A stretch of 64,000 bases of DNA from contig JAZLBW010000021.1 in assembly GCA_045613905.1 (NCBI GenBank), forward strand, positions 20,316 through 84,315. The letters are read 5' to 3'. Shown one piece after another: positions 29,169 through 38,450 of this stretch. This stretch comes from Candidatus Caccoplasma sp. GTDB lineage: Bacteria > Bacteroidota > Bacteroidia > Bacteroidales > G3-4614. A program made the position numbers and the translations under genes. Below the pieces are notes generated by a model, which had not been told where the DNA came from, searched no databases, and worked only from the letters and a program-made list of their open reading frames with translations. Numbering within the stretch: position 1 is the first letter of the stretch; each line of letters begins with the position of its first letter.

Positions 29169-31913
29169 ATGGAAATAGCATCAAAATACGATCCCTCTGA
29201 AGTAGAGAAAAAGTGGTATGAATATTGGTTAAACAATCAATTGTTTAAATCTGTACCCGATGGTAGAGAGCCATACACAATAGTAATACCTCCACCAAAC
29301 GTAACAGGAGTATTACACATGGGACACATGTTAAACAATACCATTCAAGACATATTGGTACGTCGTGCAAGAATGGATGGAAAAAATGCGTGTTGGGTTC
29401 CGGGAACAGACCATGCATCAATTGCAACTGAAGCAAAAGTAGTAAAGAGATTAGCTGAGCAAGGAATCAAAAAAAGTGACCTTACTCGTGAAGAGTTTTT
29501 GAAACACGCATGGGAGTGGACAGATGAGCATGGAGGAATAATTCTTAAACAACTTCGCAAGTTGGGAGCAAGTTGCGATTGGGATAGAACAGCCTTTACA
29601 ATGGACGAAAAACGTAGCGAGAGCGTTATAAAGGTTTTTGTCGATTTGTATAACAAAGGACTTATATATCGTGGTTTGAGAATGGTCAATTGGGACCCTA
29701 AAGCTCAAACCGCACTTAGCAACGAGGAGGTAATATATAAAGATGAAAAGAGCAAACTTTACTACTTGAGATACTACGTTGATGAGCCTGCTGGTTCAAC
29801 CGACGGAGAGGAGAACGATGCAGTAACACTTGCTCCAACAGATGCATTTGATGCAACCGTAAAACATCAAATTCTACATCGCGATGAGCAAGGACGCAGA
29901 TATGCAGTTGTGGCAACAACTCGTCCCGAGACAATCATGGGAGACACAGCAATGTGTATAAATCCCAAAGACCCCAAAAACTCTTGGTTGAAAGGTAAAA
30001 ACGTAATTGTACCTTTGGTAAACAGAGTAATTCCTGTTATAGAGGACCGTTATGTTGAAATAGAGTTTGGTACAGGATGTTTGAAAGTTACACCTGCTCA
30101 CGACACCAACGACTATATGTTAGGTAAAACTCACAACCTCGAAACCATTGACATATTCAATGCAGATGCAACAATAAGCGAGGCTGCAGGAATGTATGTG
30201 GGAATGGACAGAATGGAAGTTCGCAAGCAAATAGCTATAGATTTGAAAGAGGCAGGATTGCTTGAGAAAGTAGAAGATTATGATAACAAAGTTGGATACT
30301 CTGAGAGAAATGCCGATACTGCAGTAGAGCCACGTTTGTGTATGCAATGGTTCTTGAGAATGCAACATTTTGCAGATATTGCATTACCTCCGGTAATGAA
30401 CGATGAGTTGAAATTTTATCCTGCTAAATATAAAACAACATATCAAAACTGGTTAGAGAACATTCAAGATTGGTGTATCAGCCGTCAATTGTGGTGGGGA
30501 CATCGTATTCCTGCATACTTCTTACCAACAGGCGAAGGAGAAGATGAGAAATATGTTGTAGCGGAGAATATCGATAAAGCATTGGAGTTGGCAAAGGCTC
30601 TGCCGGGATATGAGAATATAACCAAAGAGGAGTTGAAACATGATGATGACGCACTTGATACATGGTTCTCATCATGGTTGTGGCCAATATCATTGTTTGA
30701 TGGAATAAACAATCCCGATAACGAAGAGATAAACTATTACTATCCAACAGCCGATTTGGTAACAGGTCCGGATATTATCTTCTTCTGGGTGGCACGTATG
30801 ATTATGGCAGGCTATGAGTACAAGGGAGATATGCCTTTCAAAAATGTATATTTCACAGGAATTGTACGCGATAAAATTGGTCGTAAGATGTCTAAATCAT
30901 TAGGTAACTCGCCCGATCCATTGGATTTGATTGAAAAATATGGAGCCGATGGAGTACGTATGGGAATGATGTTGTCTGCTCCTGCAGGAAACGACATTCT
31001 GTTTGATGATACACTTTGCGAGCAAGGACGTAACTTCAATAATAAAATCTGGAATGCGTTCCGTCTTGTAAACGGATGGCAAGTAGATAATGCAATAGAG
31101 CAACCGCAAAGTGCAAAAATAGCAGTAGAGTGGTTCGATTCTGAATTGAAGAAAGTTAATGCAGAGGTTGCAGACTTGTTCACCAAATATCGTTTATCAG
31201 AGGCTCTTATGGCTGTATATAAACTATTCTGGGATGAGTTCTCTGCATGGTACTTGGAGATGATTAAACCTGCATACGGAATGCCTATTGATGGAGTAAC
31301 ATTTGCAAAAACATTGGAGTATTTCGATATGTTGTTGCGTTTGTTGCACCCATTCATGCCATTTATCACAGAAGAGTTGTGGCAACATATTGCAGAGCGT
31401 AAAGAGGGAGAATCAATAATGGTTGCTCCAATGCCTAAATTGGCGGAATATAACGAGGATGTAGTGGCAAACATTGAATCTGCAAAAAATATAATAGCAG
31501 GAGTAAGAACAATACGTTTGCAAAAAAATATTCCAAACAAAAACCAATTGTCTTTGCAAATTTTGGGAGAGCATAACTCATATGCCGATTCAATAATTGA
31601 AAAATTGGCAAACCTTTCATCAATAGAAATTGTTGCAGAGAAAGCGGCAACATCAATAACCTTTATGGTTGGAACAACAGAGTATGCTGTACCAATGGAG
31701 GGTAACATAGATGTTGAGGCAGAACTTAAGAAACTTGAGGAGGATTTGAAATACCAACAAGGTTTCTTGCGTACAGTAATGGGTAAACTCTCAAACGAAC
31801 GATTTGTTGCAAATGCTCCTGAAAAAGTCGTTGAATTGGAGCGTAAGAAACAAAGCGACGCAGAGAGCAAAATCAAATCTATTGAGGAGCGAATAAAAGC
31901 ACTAAAAGGATAA
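29169..31913 (+). CDS. valS: Valine--tRNA ligase
   Basis: HIGH motif [18 protein letters not shown] motif, editing domain ([13 protein letters not shown]) and a C-terminal coiled coil. ATG at 29169 is preferred over TTG at 29151. Confidence 0.96.
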   Translation: MEIASKYDPSEVEKKWYEYWLNNQLFKSVPDGREPYTIVIPPPNVTGVLHMGHMLNNTIQDILVRRARMDGKNACWVPGTDHASIATEAKVVKRLAEQGIKKSDLTREEFLKHAWEWTDEHGGIILKQLRKLGASCDWDRTAFTMDEKRSESVIKVFVDLYNKGLIYRGLRMVNWDPKAQTALSNEEVIYKDEKSKLYYLRYYVDEPAGSTDGEENDAVTLAPTDAFDATVKHQILHRDEQGRRYAVVATTRPETIMGDTAMCINPKDPKNSWLKGKNVIVPLVNRVIPVIEDRYVEIEFGTGCLKVTPAHDTNDYMLGKTHNLETIDIFNADATISEAAGMYVGMDRMEVRKQIAIDLKEAGLLEKVEDYDNKVGYSERNADTAVEPRLCMQWFLRMQHFADIALPPVMNDELKFYPAKYKTTYQNWLENIQDWCISRQLWWGHRIPAYFLPTGEGEDEKYVVAENIDKALELAKALPGYENITKEELKHDDDALDTWFSSWLWPISLFDGINNPDNEEINYYYPTADLVTGPDIIFFWVARMIMAGYEYKGDMPFKNVYFTGIVRDKIGRKMSKSLGNSPDPLDLIEKYGADGVRMGMMLSAPAGNDILFDDTLCEQGRNFNNKIWNAFRLVNGWQVDNAIEQPQSAKIAVEWFDSELKKVNAEVADLFTKYRLSEALMAVYKLFWDEFSAWYLEMIKPAYGMPIDGVTFAKTLEYFDMLLRLLHPFMPFITEELWQHIAERKEGESIMVAPMPKLAEYNEDVVANIESAKNIIAGVRTIRLQKNIPNKNQLSLQILGEHNSYADSIIEKLANLSSIEIVAEKAATSITFMVGTTEYAVPMEGNIDVEAELKKLEEDLKYQQGFLRTVMGKLSNERFVANAPEKVVELERKKQSDAESKIKSIEERIKALKG

Positions 31914-31919
31914 AATAAA

Positions 31920-33311
31920 ATGGAACTGTTTTCATCTGTTATTGACTTTTTGTGGAACTATATAATGGTTGAGGTTATGGTGGTATTGGCCTTATGGTTT
32001 ACCATCAAAACCAAGGCCGTACAAATAACAATGTTCCCTGAAATGTTACGAACATTAAAAGGAACAACACAAAAAACGTCGGGCGAAAATAGAACAATAT
32101 CATCTGTCGAGGCATTTCTAATGTCATTGGCAAGCAGAGTAGGAGTGGGAAACCTTGCAGGAGTTGCATTAGCAATAACAATGGGAGGTCCTGGTGCTAT
32201 ATTCTGGATGTGGATGATGGCAATATTGAACTCTGCAACATCATTTGTAGAGTCAACACTTGCTCAGCTCTATAAATCGAAAGATGGAAACTTTTTCATA
32301 GGAGGACCTGCTTATTATATCAACAAGGGGTTAAAGAGTAAAACATGGGCAATTATAGTTGCTATATTGTCAGTGTTTACATTTAGCTTTATAATTTGTT
32401 CTGTACAATCAAACACAATTGCACTGTCGAGTGAAGAGGCATTCGGAGTTCCTCCATTATGGAGTGCCATAACAATAGGAGTGTTAATGGCATTGACAAT
32501 TTTTGGAGGAGTGGGGCGAGTGGCAAAAGTTACCTCTATGTTGGTTCCTTTAATGGCATTTGCCTATATATTGGTTGTTTTGTGTATAATGTTGGCAAAC
32601 ATTAATCAATTACCAGCAATATTCAAAATGATTATTGACTCTGCATTTGGAATAAATCAGGTTGTGGCAGGTGGAGTTGGAGCAGCAATTATGATGGGAG
32701 TAAAGCGAGGCTTGTTTAGTAACGAAGCAGGTATGGGTTCAGCTCCAAATGCTGCGGCAACAGCAGATGTTAAGCATCCAGTGAATCAGGGATTTGTACA
32801 AGCAATGGGAGTATTCGTAGATACACTTCTGATATGTAGCTGTACTGCGTTTATGATATTTATAGGAGCAGCTGATGCTCCTGAAAATATAGAGGGAATA
32901 GCTCTTACGCAATATGCTTTGAGTTCAACAACAGGTGCTTGGGCATATCACTTTATTGCCATAATCGTATTCTTCTTCGGATTCAGTACATGTATCAGCA
33001 ACTCATATTATGGCGAGGCAAACATTCGATTTATAAAAGATAACAACCTTTTGGTAAATATTTTCAGAGTGCTAATGATATTGATAGTAATGGCAGGAGC
33101 CGTAGTTCCATTGGATGTTGTATGGGCGATGGCAGATTTGTTTATGATATTTATAGTGCTTATAAATATGTTATCTATAACGAAGTTGGGTAAATACACA
33201 TATCTCCTTTTAAACGATTACAAAGCTCAACGCAAAGAGGGAATAGTAGCGCCGGTTTTCAATAAGAGTAGGATAAAAGAACTTAACACTCCGGATATAG
33301 AGTGTTGGTAA
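31920..33311 (+). CDS. Alanine/glycine:cation symporter (AGCS family)
   Basis: Multi-pass membrane protein with AGCS-type motifs (GVGNLAGVALAITMGGPGAIFWMW, SNEAGMGSAP). Confidence 0.9.
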   Translation: MELFSSVIDFLWNYIMVEVMVVLALWFTIKTKAVQITMFPEMLRTLKGTTQKTSGENRTISSVEAFLMSLASRVGVGNLAGVALAITMGGPGAIFWMWMMAILNSATSFVESTLAQLYKSKDGNFFIGGPAYYINKGLKSKTWAIIVAILSVFTFSFIICSVQSNTIALSSEEAFGVPPLWSAITIGVLMALTIFGGVGRVAKVTSMLVPLMAFAYILVVLCIMLANINQLPAIFKMIIDSAFGINQVVAGGVGAAIMMGVKRGLFSNEAGMGSAPNAAATADVKHPVNQGFVQAMGVFVDTLLICSCTAFMIFIGAADAPENIEGIALTQYALSSTTGAWAYHFIAIIVFFFGFSTCISNSYYGEANIRFIKDNNLLVNIFRVLMILIVMAGAVVPLDVVWAMADLFMIFIVLINMLSITKLGKYTYLLLNDYKAQRKEGIVAPVFNKSRIKELNTPDIECW

Positions 33312-33327
33312 AATCACATAGAGAAAT

Positions 33328-35019
33328 ATGATAAAACCAAAGATATATTTACTGTGCATAATTATGATGTTATGCGCAGTAAATTGTATATGTATGGCAC
33401 AACAGTTGCCTCCATTAAACAGAAGTTTACAACTTACAGGAAATTTTGGTGAGTTGAGGACAAACCATTTTCATTCAGGGTTAGACTTCAGAGCCTCCAT
33501 AGGAACCCCTGTCTATGCGGTTGATTCTGGTTATGTTTCTCGAATATCGGTAGATGCAGGAGGGTATGGAAATGCTCTATATATAACACATCCTTCGGGA
33601 GTAACAAGTGTATATGCCCACCTTAACGCATATGCTCCCAAAATAGAAAAAATAGTTACCGAGCAACAATACAGTTTGGAATATTATGCGGTGAATCTTA
33701 CATTCTCGCCAAACGAAATAAAGGTAGAGAGGGGAGAATTAGTTGCATATACAGGAAACCGAGGAAGTAGTGGAGGTCCGCATCTTCATTTCGAAATTCG
33801 TGACACACAATCCGAAAATCCAATCGAACCTTTGACATATATAAAGGATAAGGTAACAGATACGCGTTCGCCGCAGATAAAAGCAATTGCCGTACTACCC
33901 TATAATGGAGTAGTAAATAGTTCTGACAAAAATAAGACTATAAAGAGTGTAACATCAGAAAATGGCAATAAAAAAATATCTGCAAGAATAAAGGCGTGGG
34001 GCGATATTATATTGGCTGTAAAGGCATTCGACTACATGAATGGAATGAGTAATATATATGGAGTTCACCATGTAAAGCTATATAAAGATGAAGAGTTGAT
34101 ATATTCATCACATATTGACACACTCTCATTTGAAAAAGGGCGCCAAATTAACAGCTATATCGATAGTGAAGAGTGCTTAAAAAATCGTTCTCTATTTATG
34201 TTGAGTTATATTGCAAAAGGGAATACTCTTAATTTCTATGAAGAGGCGGAAATAAAGAATAGGGGAGTTGTAACAATAGATGAGGAGCGAATATATAAAT
34301 TCAGATATGAGGTTGCTGATTATTATGGCAATATGGATGAATGTGTTTTTGAAATAGAGGGTGAGAAGAGCGATTTGCCTATATTAGAGTGTGAAAAAGT
34401 TCCATATAATCAATCGTATACAATGGATGAAGAACAATTTAAATTAACAATTCCTGCATATGCCTTATATGACGATTATGCACCTCGATATATAAAGTCA
34501 GATTCTATATTAAAAAATAATTACTCTCCAATACATAACATAGAGCCATATTATCTTGGAGTAGATAAAAAATGCAGACTCTCTATAAAAATAGATATAG
34601 ATACTATTTCCGATAAGACAAAATACTATATTGCATCAATAAACAGTGTGGGAAAAAACAAAGGTAAAGTCTCAAAAGAATATATATCAACATATAAAGA
34701 CGGTTGGCTCACAACACAGGTGAAAAATTTCGGACAATATGTTGTAAAAGCCGATTTAGAAAAACCATATGTAAAGTATCATGGTTTAATAAATGGAGAG
34801 TTGCGTTTTACGGTAAAAGATGTAGAGAGTGGGTTACGATATTTCAGAGGAGAGATTGATGGAGAATTTGTATTATTTACATACGATATAAAAGATAAAA
34901 TAGCCCGATATAAGATAAATACCCAAAAATATCCTTTGGGAAAGACCTATTCTGTAACTTTCACAGCCATAGATAATTGTGGAAATAAGAGAGAGTATAA
35001 AGAAGTGCTATGTTATTAA
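33328..35019 (+). CDS. M23 family metallopeptidase with a long C-terminal extension
   Basis: Signal peptide. LytM/M23 motifs HFHSGLDF, NALYITH and GGPHLHFEIR. About 350 aa of uncharacterised C-terminal sequence. Confidence 0.85.
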   Translation: MIKPKIYLLCIIMMLCAVNCICMAQQLPPLNRSLQLTGNFGELRTNHFHSGLDFRASIGTPVYAVDSGYVSRISVDAGGYGNALYITHPSGVTSVYAHLNAYAPKIEKIVTEQQYSLEYYAVNLTFSPNEIKVERGELVAYTGNRGSSGGPHLHFEIRDTQSENPIEPLTYIKDKVTDTRSPQIKAIAVLPYNGVVNSSDKNKTIKSVTSENGNKKISARIKAWGDIILAVKAFDYMNGMSNIYGVHHVKLYKDEELIYSSHIDTLSFEKGRQINSYIDSEECLKNRSLFMLSYIAKGNTLNFYEEAEIKNRGVVTIDEERIYKFRYEVADYYGNMDECVFEIEGEKSDLPILECEKVPYNQSYTMDEEQFKLTIPAYALYDDYAPRYIKSDSILKNNYSPIHNIEPYYLGVDKKCRLSIKIDIDTISDKTKYYIASINSVGKNKGKVSKEYISTYKDGWLTTQVKNFGQYVVKADLEKPYVKYHGLINGELRFTVKDVESGLRYFRGEIDGEFVLFTYDIKDKIARYKINTQKYPLGKTYSVTFTAIDNCGNKREYKEVLCY

Positions 35020-35099
35020 TAATGTCATTTTTATTGGGAAATAAGCAATTTCAGAAGAAAAAAATGAACTAAAAATAAACAAGATATAAATTAAATGTT

Positions 35100-35107
35100 T
35101 AAATTTG
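35100..35107 (+). promoter_or_regulatory. -7 promoter box TAaaTTTG upstream of the phosphoglucomutase gene
   Basis: TAAATTTG lies 30 nt upstream of the ATG at 35138. Confidence 0.4.
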
Positions 35108-35137
35108 TGAATTGGACAACTTTAAAAAAATAAATAT

Positions 35138-36886
35138 ATGCAAAACGACGAATTATTAAAACAAGTAACAGAGAGAGCTCAAGTATGGATGGGCGAAGGT
35201 TACGATGCTGAGACTCGTGCCGAAGTGAAAAGACTTTTAGAGCAAGAGGACAAAACAGAGTTGATAGATGCTTTCTATCGTGATTTGGAGTTTGGAACAG
35301 GAGGTTTGCGTGGAATTATGGGTGTAGGAACCAACCGTATGAATATCTATACCGTAGGTGCTGCAACACAAGGTCTTTCAAACTACCTAAAAAAAGAGTT
35401 TGCAGAATTGCCACAAATTAAAGTGGTAATCGGACATGATAGCCGTAACAACAGCCGTAAATTCGCTGAAATTTCTGCAGACATCTTCTCGGCAAACGGA
35501 ATAAAAGTATATTTATTTGAGTCATTGCGCCCAACACCTGAGATGTCATTTGCAATTCGTGAGTTGGGATGTCAAAGCGGTATTATCCTAACTGCATCAC
35601 ACAACCCAAAAGAGTACAACGGATACAAAGCATATTGGAACGATGGAGCACAAATGATTTCTCCACACGATAAAAATACAATTGCAGAGGTAAATAAAGT
35701 AGCAGGAATTGAGGATATCAAATTCCAAGGAAACCCTGAATTAATTGAGGTAATCGGACAAGAGATTGACGATATTTATGTAAGCAAAATAAAAGAACTA
35801 TCTCTATCTCCCGAATTGGTTGCACGCAATAGCGACATGAAGATTGTTTATACTCCAATACACGGAACCGGAGTTAAATTGGTTCCTGCAGCGCTACGTG
35901 CATTTGGATTTACAAATATCATCAATGTACCTGAGCAAGATATTCCTGATGGAAACTTCCCAACAGTAGCATCACCAAACCCTGAGGAGCCTGCAGCGTT
36001 GAATATGGCAATAGAGAAAGGTAAAGAGGTGGATGCTGATATTATCATGGCGTCAGACCCTGATGCAGACCGTCTTGGAGTAGCTGTTAAAAACGATAAA
36101 GGAGAGTTTGTTCTTATAAACGGAAACCAAATAGCAATCTTGCTATTGAACTATATAATGACTCGTTCTCGTGAGATGGGAACATTAAAAGGAAACGAGT
36201 TTATTGTAAAAACAATTGTAACAAGCGAGTTGATTAAAACCATCGCCGACAAAAACGATATAAAATGTTACGATTGCTATACAGGATTCAAATGGATTGC
36301 AGCAGTGATTCGTGAACTTGAAGGAAAAGAGCGTTACATTGGAGGAGGAGAAGAGAGCTACGGATTCTTGGTAGAGGACTTCGTTCGTGATAAAGATGCT
36401 GTATCTGCAATTCCAATGATGGCAGAGGCTGCTGCATGGGCAAAAGAGAATGGTAAAACAGTGTACGAGATGTTGCAAGACATCTATGTTAAATATGGAT
36501 TCTCAAAAGAGAAAGGAATCTCAGTTGTTCGTAAAGGTAAGAGTGGAGCAGAGGAGATTGAGGCAATGATGAAAAACTTCCGTGCTAATCCAATTTCAGA
36601 GATAGCAGGCTCAAAAGTTGTTTTGATAAAAGACTTTGCAACATTAAAAGGAACAGATGTATTGGCAGGAGAAACATTCGTATTGGATATGCCAACAACA
36701 GCAAATGTAATTCAATACTTTACAGAGGACGGAACAAAAGTTTCAATACGACCTTCAGGAACTGAACCAAAAATCAAGTTCTATGTTGAAGTACGCGGTG
36801 CATTGTCATCACCGGCAGAATACGAAGCAGTAAATGCTGCAGCAGAAGATAAAATTAAAGCTGTTGCAACTTCTCTTGGAGTATAA
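35138..36886 (+). CDS. Phospho-sugar mutase (phosphoglucomutase/phosphomannomutase, PgcA-like)
   Basis: Active-site loop TASHNPKEYNGYK, metal loop ASDPDADR and sugar-binding loop GGEESYG. Length 582 aa. Confidence 0.9.
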   Translation: MQNDELLKQVTERAQVWMGEGYDAETRAEVKRLLEQEDKTELIDAFYRDLEFGTGGLRGIMGVGTNRMNIYTVGAATQGLSNYLKKEFAELPQIKVVIGHDSRNNSRKFAEISADIFSANGIKVYLFESLRPTPEMSFAIRELGCQSGIILTASHNPKEYNGYKAYWNDGAQMISPHDKNTIAEVNKVAGIEDIKFQGNPELIEVIGQEIDDIYVSKIKELSLSPELVARNSDMKIVYTPIHGTGVKLVPAALRAFGFTNIINVPEQDIPDGNFPTVASPNPEEPAALNMAIEKGKEVDADIIMASDPDADRLGVAVKNDKGEFVLINGNQIAILLLNYIMTRSREMGTLKGNEFIVKTIVTSELIKTIADKNDIKCYDCYTGFKWIAAVIRELEGKERYIGGGEESYGFLVEDFVRDKDAVSAIPMMAEAAAWAKENGKTVYEMLQDIYVKYGFSKEKGISVVRKGKSGAEEIEAMMKNFRANPISEIAGSKVVLIKDFATLKGTDVLAGETFVLDMPTTANVIQYFTEDGTKVSIRPSGTEPKIKFYVEVRGALSSPAEYEAVNAAAEDKIKAVATSLGV

Positions 36887-36940
36887 AATTTACCCGAGTG
36901 GCTTAAGAATGTAAAATAAGACTTAAGGTGTAAACATTTA

Positions 36941-36971
36941 GGAGTCGTACATTAGTGCGACTCTTTTTTTT
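36941..36971 (+). terminator. Intrinsic terminator after the phospho-sugar mutase gene
   Basis: Stem GAGTCG (36942-47) / CGACTC (36958-63), followed by a T8 tract. Confidence 0.65.
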
Positions 36972-37030
36972 ATCTGAAGAAAGCGATATTAGAAAAATAA
37001 ATATTATTTTTGTACTATATATTTGATACA

Positions 37031-37196
37031 GCTATTCGTCCGTAGCCGAAAACGACCAAATTAAGCAAACGCAAACGAATAAGCAATATAAGAGTATGCC
37101 CGTTTGGGGTGTATTCCTTTTGCTTGTTTTAATGCGTTTAGGTGCTTGGTCGTACCTCGGTTACTTAGAATGAGCGTAGGAATGCACCTTTTTTTG
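37031..37196 (+). ncRNA. Candidate structured RNA, copy A (unknown class; rod-like hairpin ending in a U-tract)
   Basis: Preceded by TAnnTTTG boxes at 37005-12 and 37018-25. Closing stem GCTATTC (37031-37) / GAAT(G)AGC (37168-75). Perfect inner helices are ACGACCAA (37052-59)/TTGGTCGT (37146-53), AAACGCA (37067-73)/TGCGTTT (37133-39) and AAGCAA (37081-86)/TTGCTT (37120-25). There are several G-U pairs on the + strand. It ends GCACC plus T7 (37184-96). Confidence 0.4.
37096..37173 (+). CDS. Candidate 25-aa hydrophobic micropeptide inside copy A (MPVWGVFLLLVLMRLGAWSYLGYLE)
   Basis: An ATG...TGA frame read directly from the sequence. It may only be a by-product of the U/G-rich 3' arm of the hairpin. 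The homologous frame in copy B (37324-37362, MWMHPIFGGVFL) is truncated. Confidence 0.2.
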   Translation: MPVWGVFLLLVLMRLGAWSYLGYLE

Positions 37197-37261
37197 TAGT
37201 AAAAAAATAAAATTGTCAATTAAATATAAGAAGAAATAAAAATTAAATTTACATATTAGGC

Positions 37262-37405
37262 ATCGCTGATTTCTCGTAACCGAAAACGACCAAACTTTCA
37301 AGATATACGCAGAGAAAAGGCACATGTGGATGCACCCCATTTTCGGAGGTGTGTTTCTGTGACTATATCTATATAAGGTATGAGAATCAGAAATACACCT
37401 TTTTG
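37262..37405 (+). ncRNA. Candidate structured RNA, copy B (diverged paralogue of copy A)
   Basis: Shares the 20-nt 5' box CGTAACCGAAAACGACCAAA (37275-94; copy A has CGTAGCCGAAAACGACCAAA at 37041-60) and the 3' end ATACACC plus T5 (37394-37405). Closing stem CTGATTTCTCGTAACC (37266-81) / GGTATGAGAATCAG (37377-90). Near-consensus -7 box TAAATTTA at 37244-51. Confidence 0.35.
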
Positions 37406-37466
37406 TATTGTCAGAGAATACCGAAAATCTGTAATAGAGTAGGGGAAATATTAAAATTTAATAAAG

Positions 37467-38261
37467 ATGAGAAATGTTCTGTTTTTTGTACTGATGTTGT
37501 TTGCAATTGTCATATTAAGTGCTAATGCGAAAAAGAATAGACAAGATGATGTAACATACTTTCAAAAAGAAGAAAAAAACTATGTTGAAGATGTGAAAAA
37601 TTTAGACATGAAGATGGTTTATGTAAAAGGAGGTTCGTTTATAGTCGGAAATACTTCGGCGGAGGGAGGATATAGTGACGAGCGACCTATTGCTGAAATA
37701 AATCTGGAACCATATTACATAGGAGCATTTGAAGTTACTCAAAAACAATGGGAAGCAATAATGAATAGCGGTATTGATATAGAAGAGGAAGGGAATTTTC
37801 CAATAACCAATATTAGTTGGAATGATGCAGTGCAGTTTTGTGAAAAATTGAGTCAATTAACAGGACGAAAATATCAATTACCAACAGAAGAACAATGGGA
37901 ATATGCCGCACTTGCAGGAGAAACAAAAAAGAAAATTTATAGTGGAGGAGCTAAAATAGATAATGTTGCTTGGTATAGTCAAAATAGCGAAGGAGAAGTT
38001 CATCCTGTTGGTTTGAAAAAACCTAATGAATTAGGTTTATACGATATGAGTGGAAACGTTTATGAATGGTGCGTTGATAATTATATCTCATACATCAAAA
38101 AGTATAAATTAGGATATAAAAGTGAAATAGGAAACTATAAAGTACTAAGAGGTGGATGTTGGAACGATAATGCATCAAAATGTAGAGCTACATATAGATA
38201 TTATGAAATTTCATCTTGTACTAACAACAAAACAGGATTTCGTGTAGTTTGTATGCCTTGA
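37467..38261 (+). CDS. Secreted formylglycine-generating-enzyme (SUMF1/FGE-sulfatase, C-type-lectin fold) family protein
   Basis: Signal peptide. FGE-domain motifs are MVYVKGGSFIVG, ERPIAEINLEPYYIG, EVTQKQW, ISWNDAVQFC, YQLPTEEQWEYAA, GLYDMSGNVYEW, LRGGCW and GFRVV. Confidence 0.85.
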   Translation: MRNVLFFVLMLFAIVILSANAKKNRQDDVTYFQKEEKNYVEDVKNLDMKMVYVKGGSFIVGNTSAEGGYSDERPIAEINLEPYYIGAFEVTQKQWEAIMNSGIDIEEEGNFPITNISWNDAVQFCEKLSQLTGRKYQLPTEEQWEYAALAGETKKKIYSGGAKIDNVAWYSQNSEGEVHPVGLKKPNELGLYDMSGNVYEWCVDNYISYIKKYKLGYKSEIGNYKVLRGGCWNDNASKCRATYRYYEISSCTNNKTGFRVVCMP

Positions 38262-38297
38262 AATTCAAGACGCTATCCATATTTTGTGTAAATAGAG

Positions 38298-38332
38298 ATT
38301 ACAGGGTTCAAACACGAACTCTGTAATTTTTT
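38298..38332 (+). terminator. Intrinsic terminator after the FGE-family gene
   Basis: 12-bp stem ATTACAGGGTTC / GAACTCTGTAAT (one G-U pair), loop AAACAC, then a T6 tract. Confidence 0.7.
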
Positions 38333-38384
38333 ATTAATAACTTAGCAATGCCCTTTAAGGAAATTCCTATTCTAAATAAGAAGG

Positions 38385-38423
38385 GTATAAAAATAAGAGG
38401 TCGGTTTTTTGAACCGACCTCTT
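38385..38423 (-). terminator. Intrinsic terminator after ppdK
   Basis: Stem AAGAGGTCGGTT (38395-406) / AACCGACCTCTT (38412-423), followed on the minus strand by ATTTTTAT. Confidence 0.7.
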
Positions 38424-38450
38424 AACGTTTATAGTTGTTTAAGTTGTTAC

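Noticed and set aside
29760-29910. An apparent ~30-aa acidic insertion in ValS just before the [11 protein letters not shown] editing-domain motif ([42 protein letters not shown]).
   Set aside because: Without an alignment to Bacteroidota ValS sequences I cannot tell whether this is lineage-typical. The reading frame is intact and nothing suggests an intein or a mobile insertion.
30812-31876. A 354-aa ORF antisense to valS. Similar long antisense ORFs occur at 24224-25090 (opposite ygiQ) and at 209-777 (opposite the DUF4988-like gene).
   Set aside because: They are low-complexity Ser/Phe/Ile-rich translations in perfect antisense register with strongly supported genes. They show no start context, promoter box or recognisable motif, and are typical shadow ORFs.
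38140-38261. A possible diversity-generating retroelement (DGR) variable region at the C-terminus of the FGE/CLec-fold protein (RGGCWNDNASKCRATYRYYEISSCTNNKTGFR).
   Set aside because: No reverse transcriptase ORF and no template repeat matching this 3' segment is visible anywhere in the window. The Asn/Tyr/Asp codons here are mostly AAT/TAT/GAT rather than the NNC pattern expected from adenine mutagenesis of AAC codons. The downstream hairpin is an ordinary terminator.
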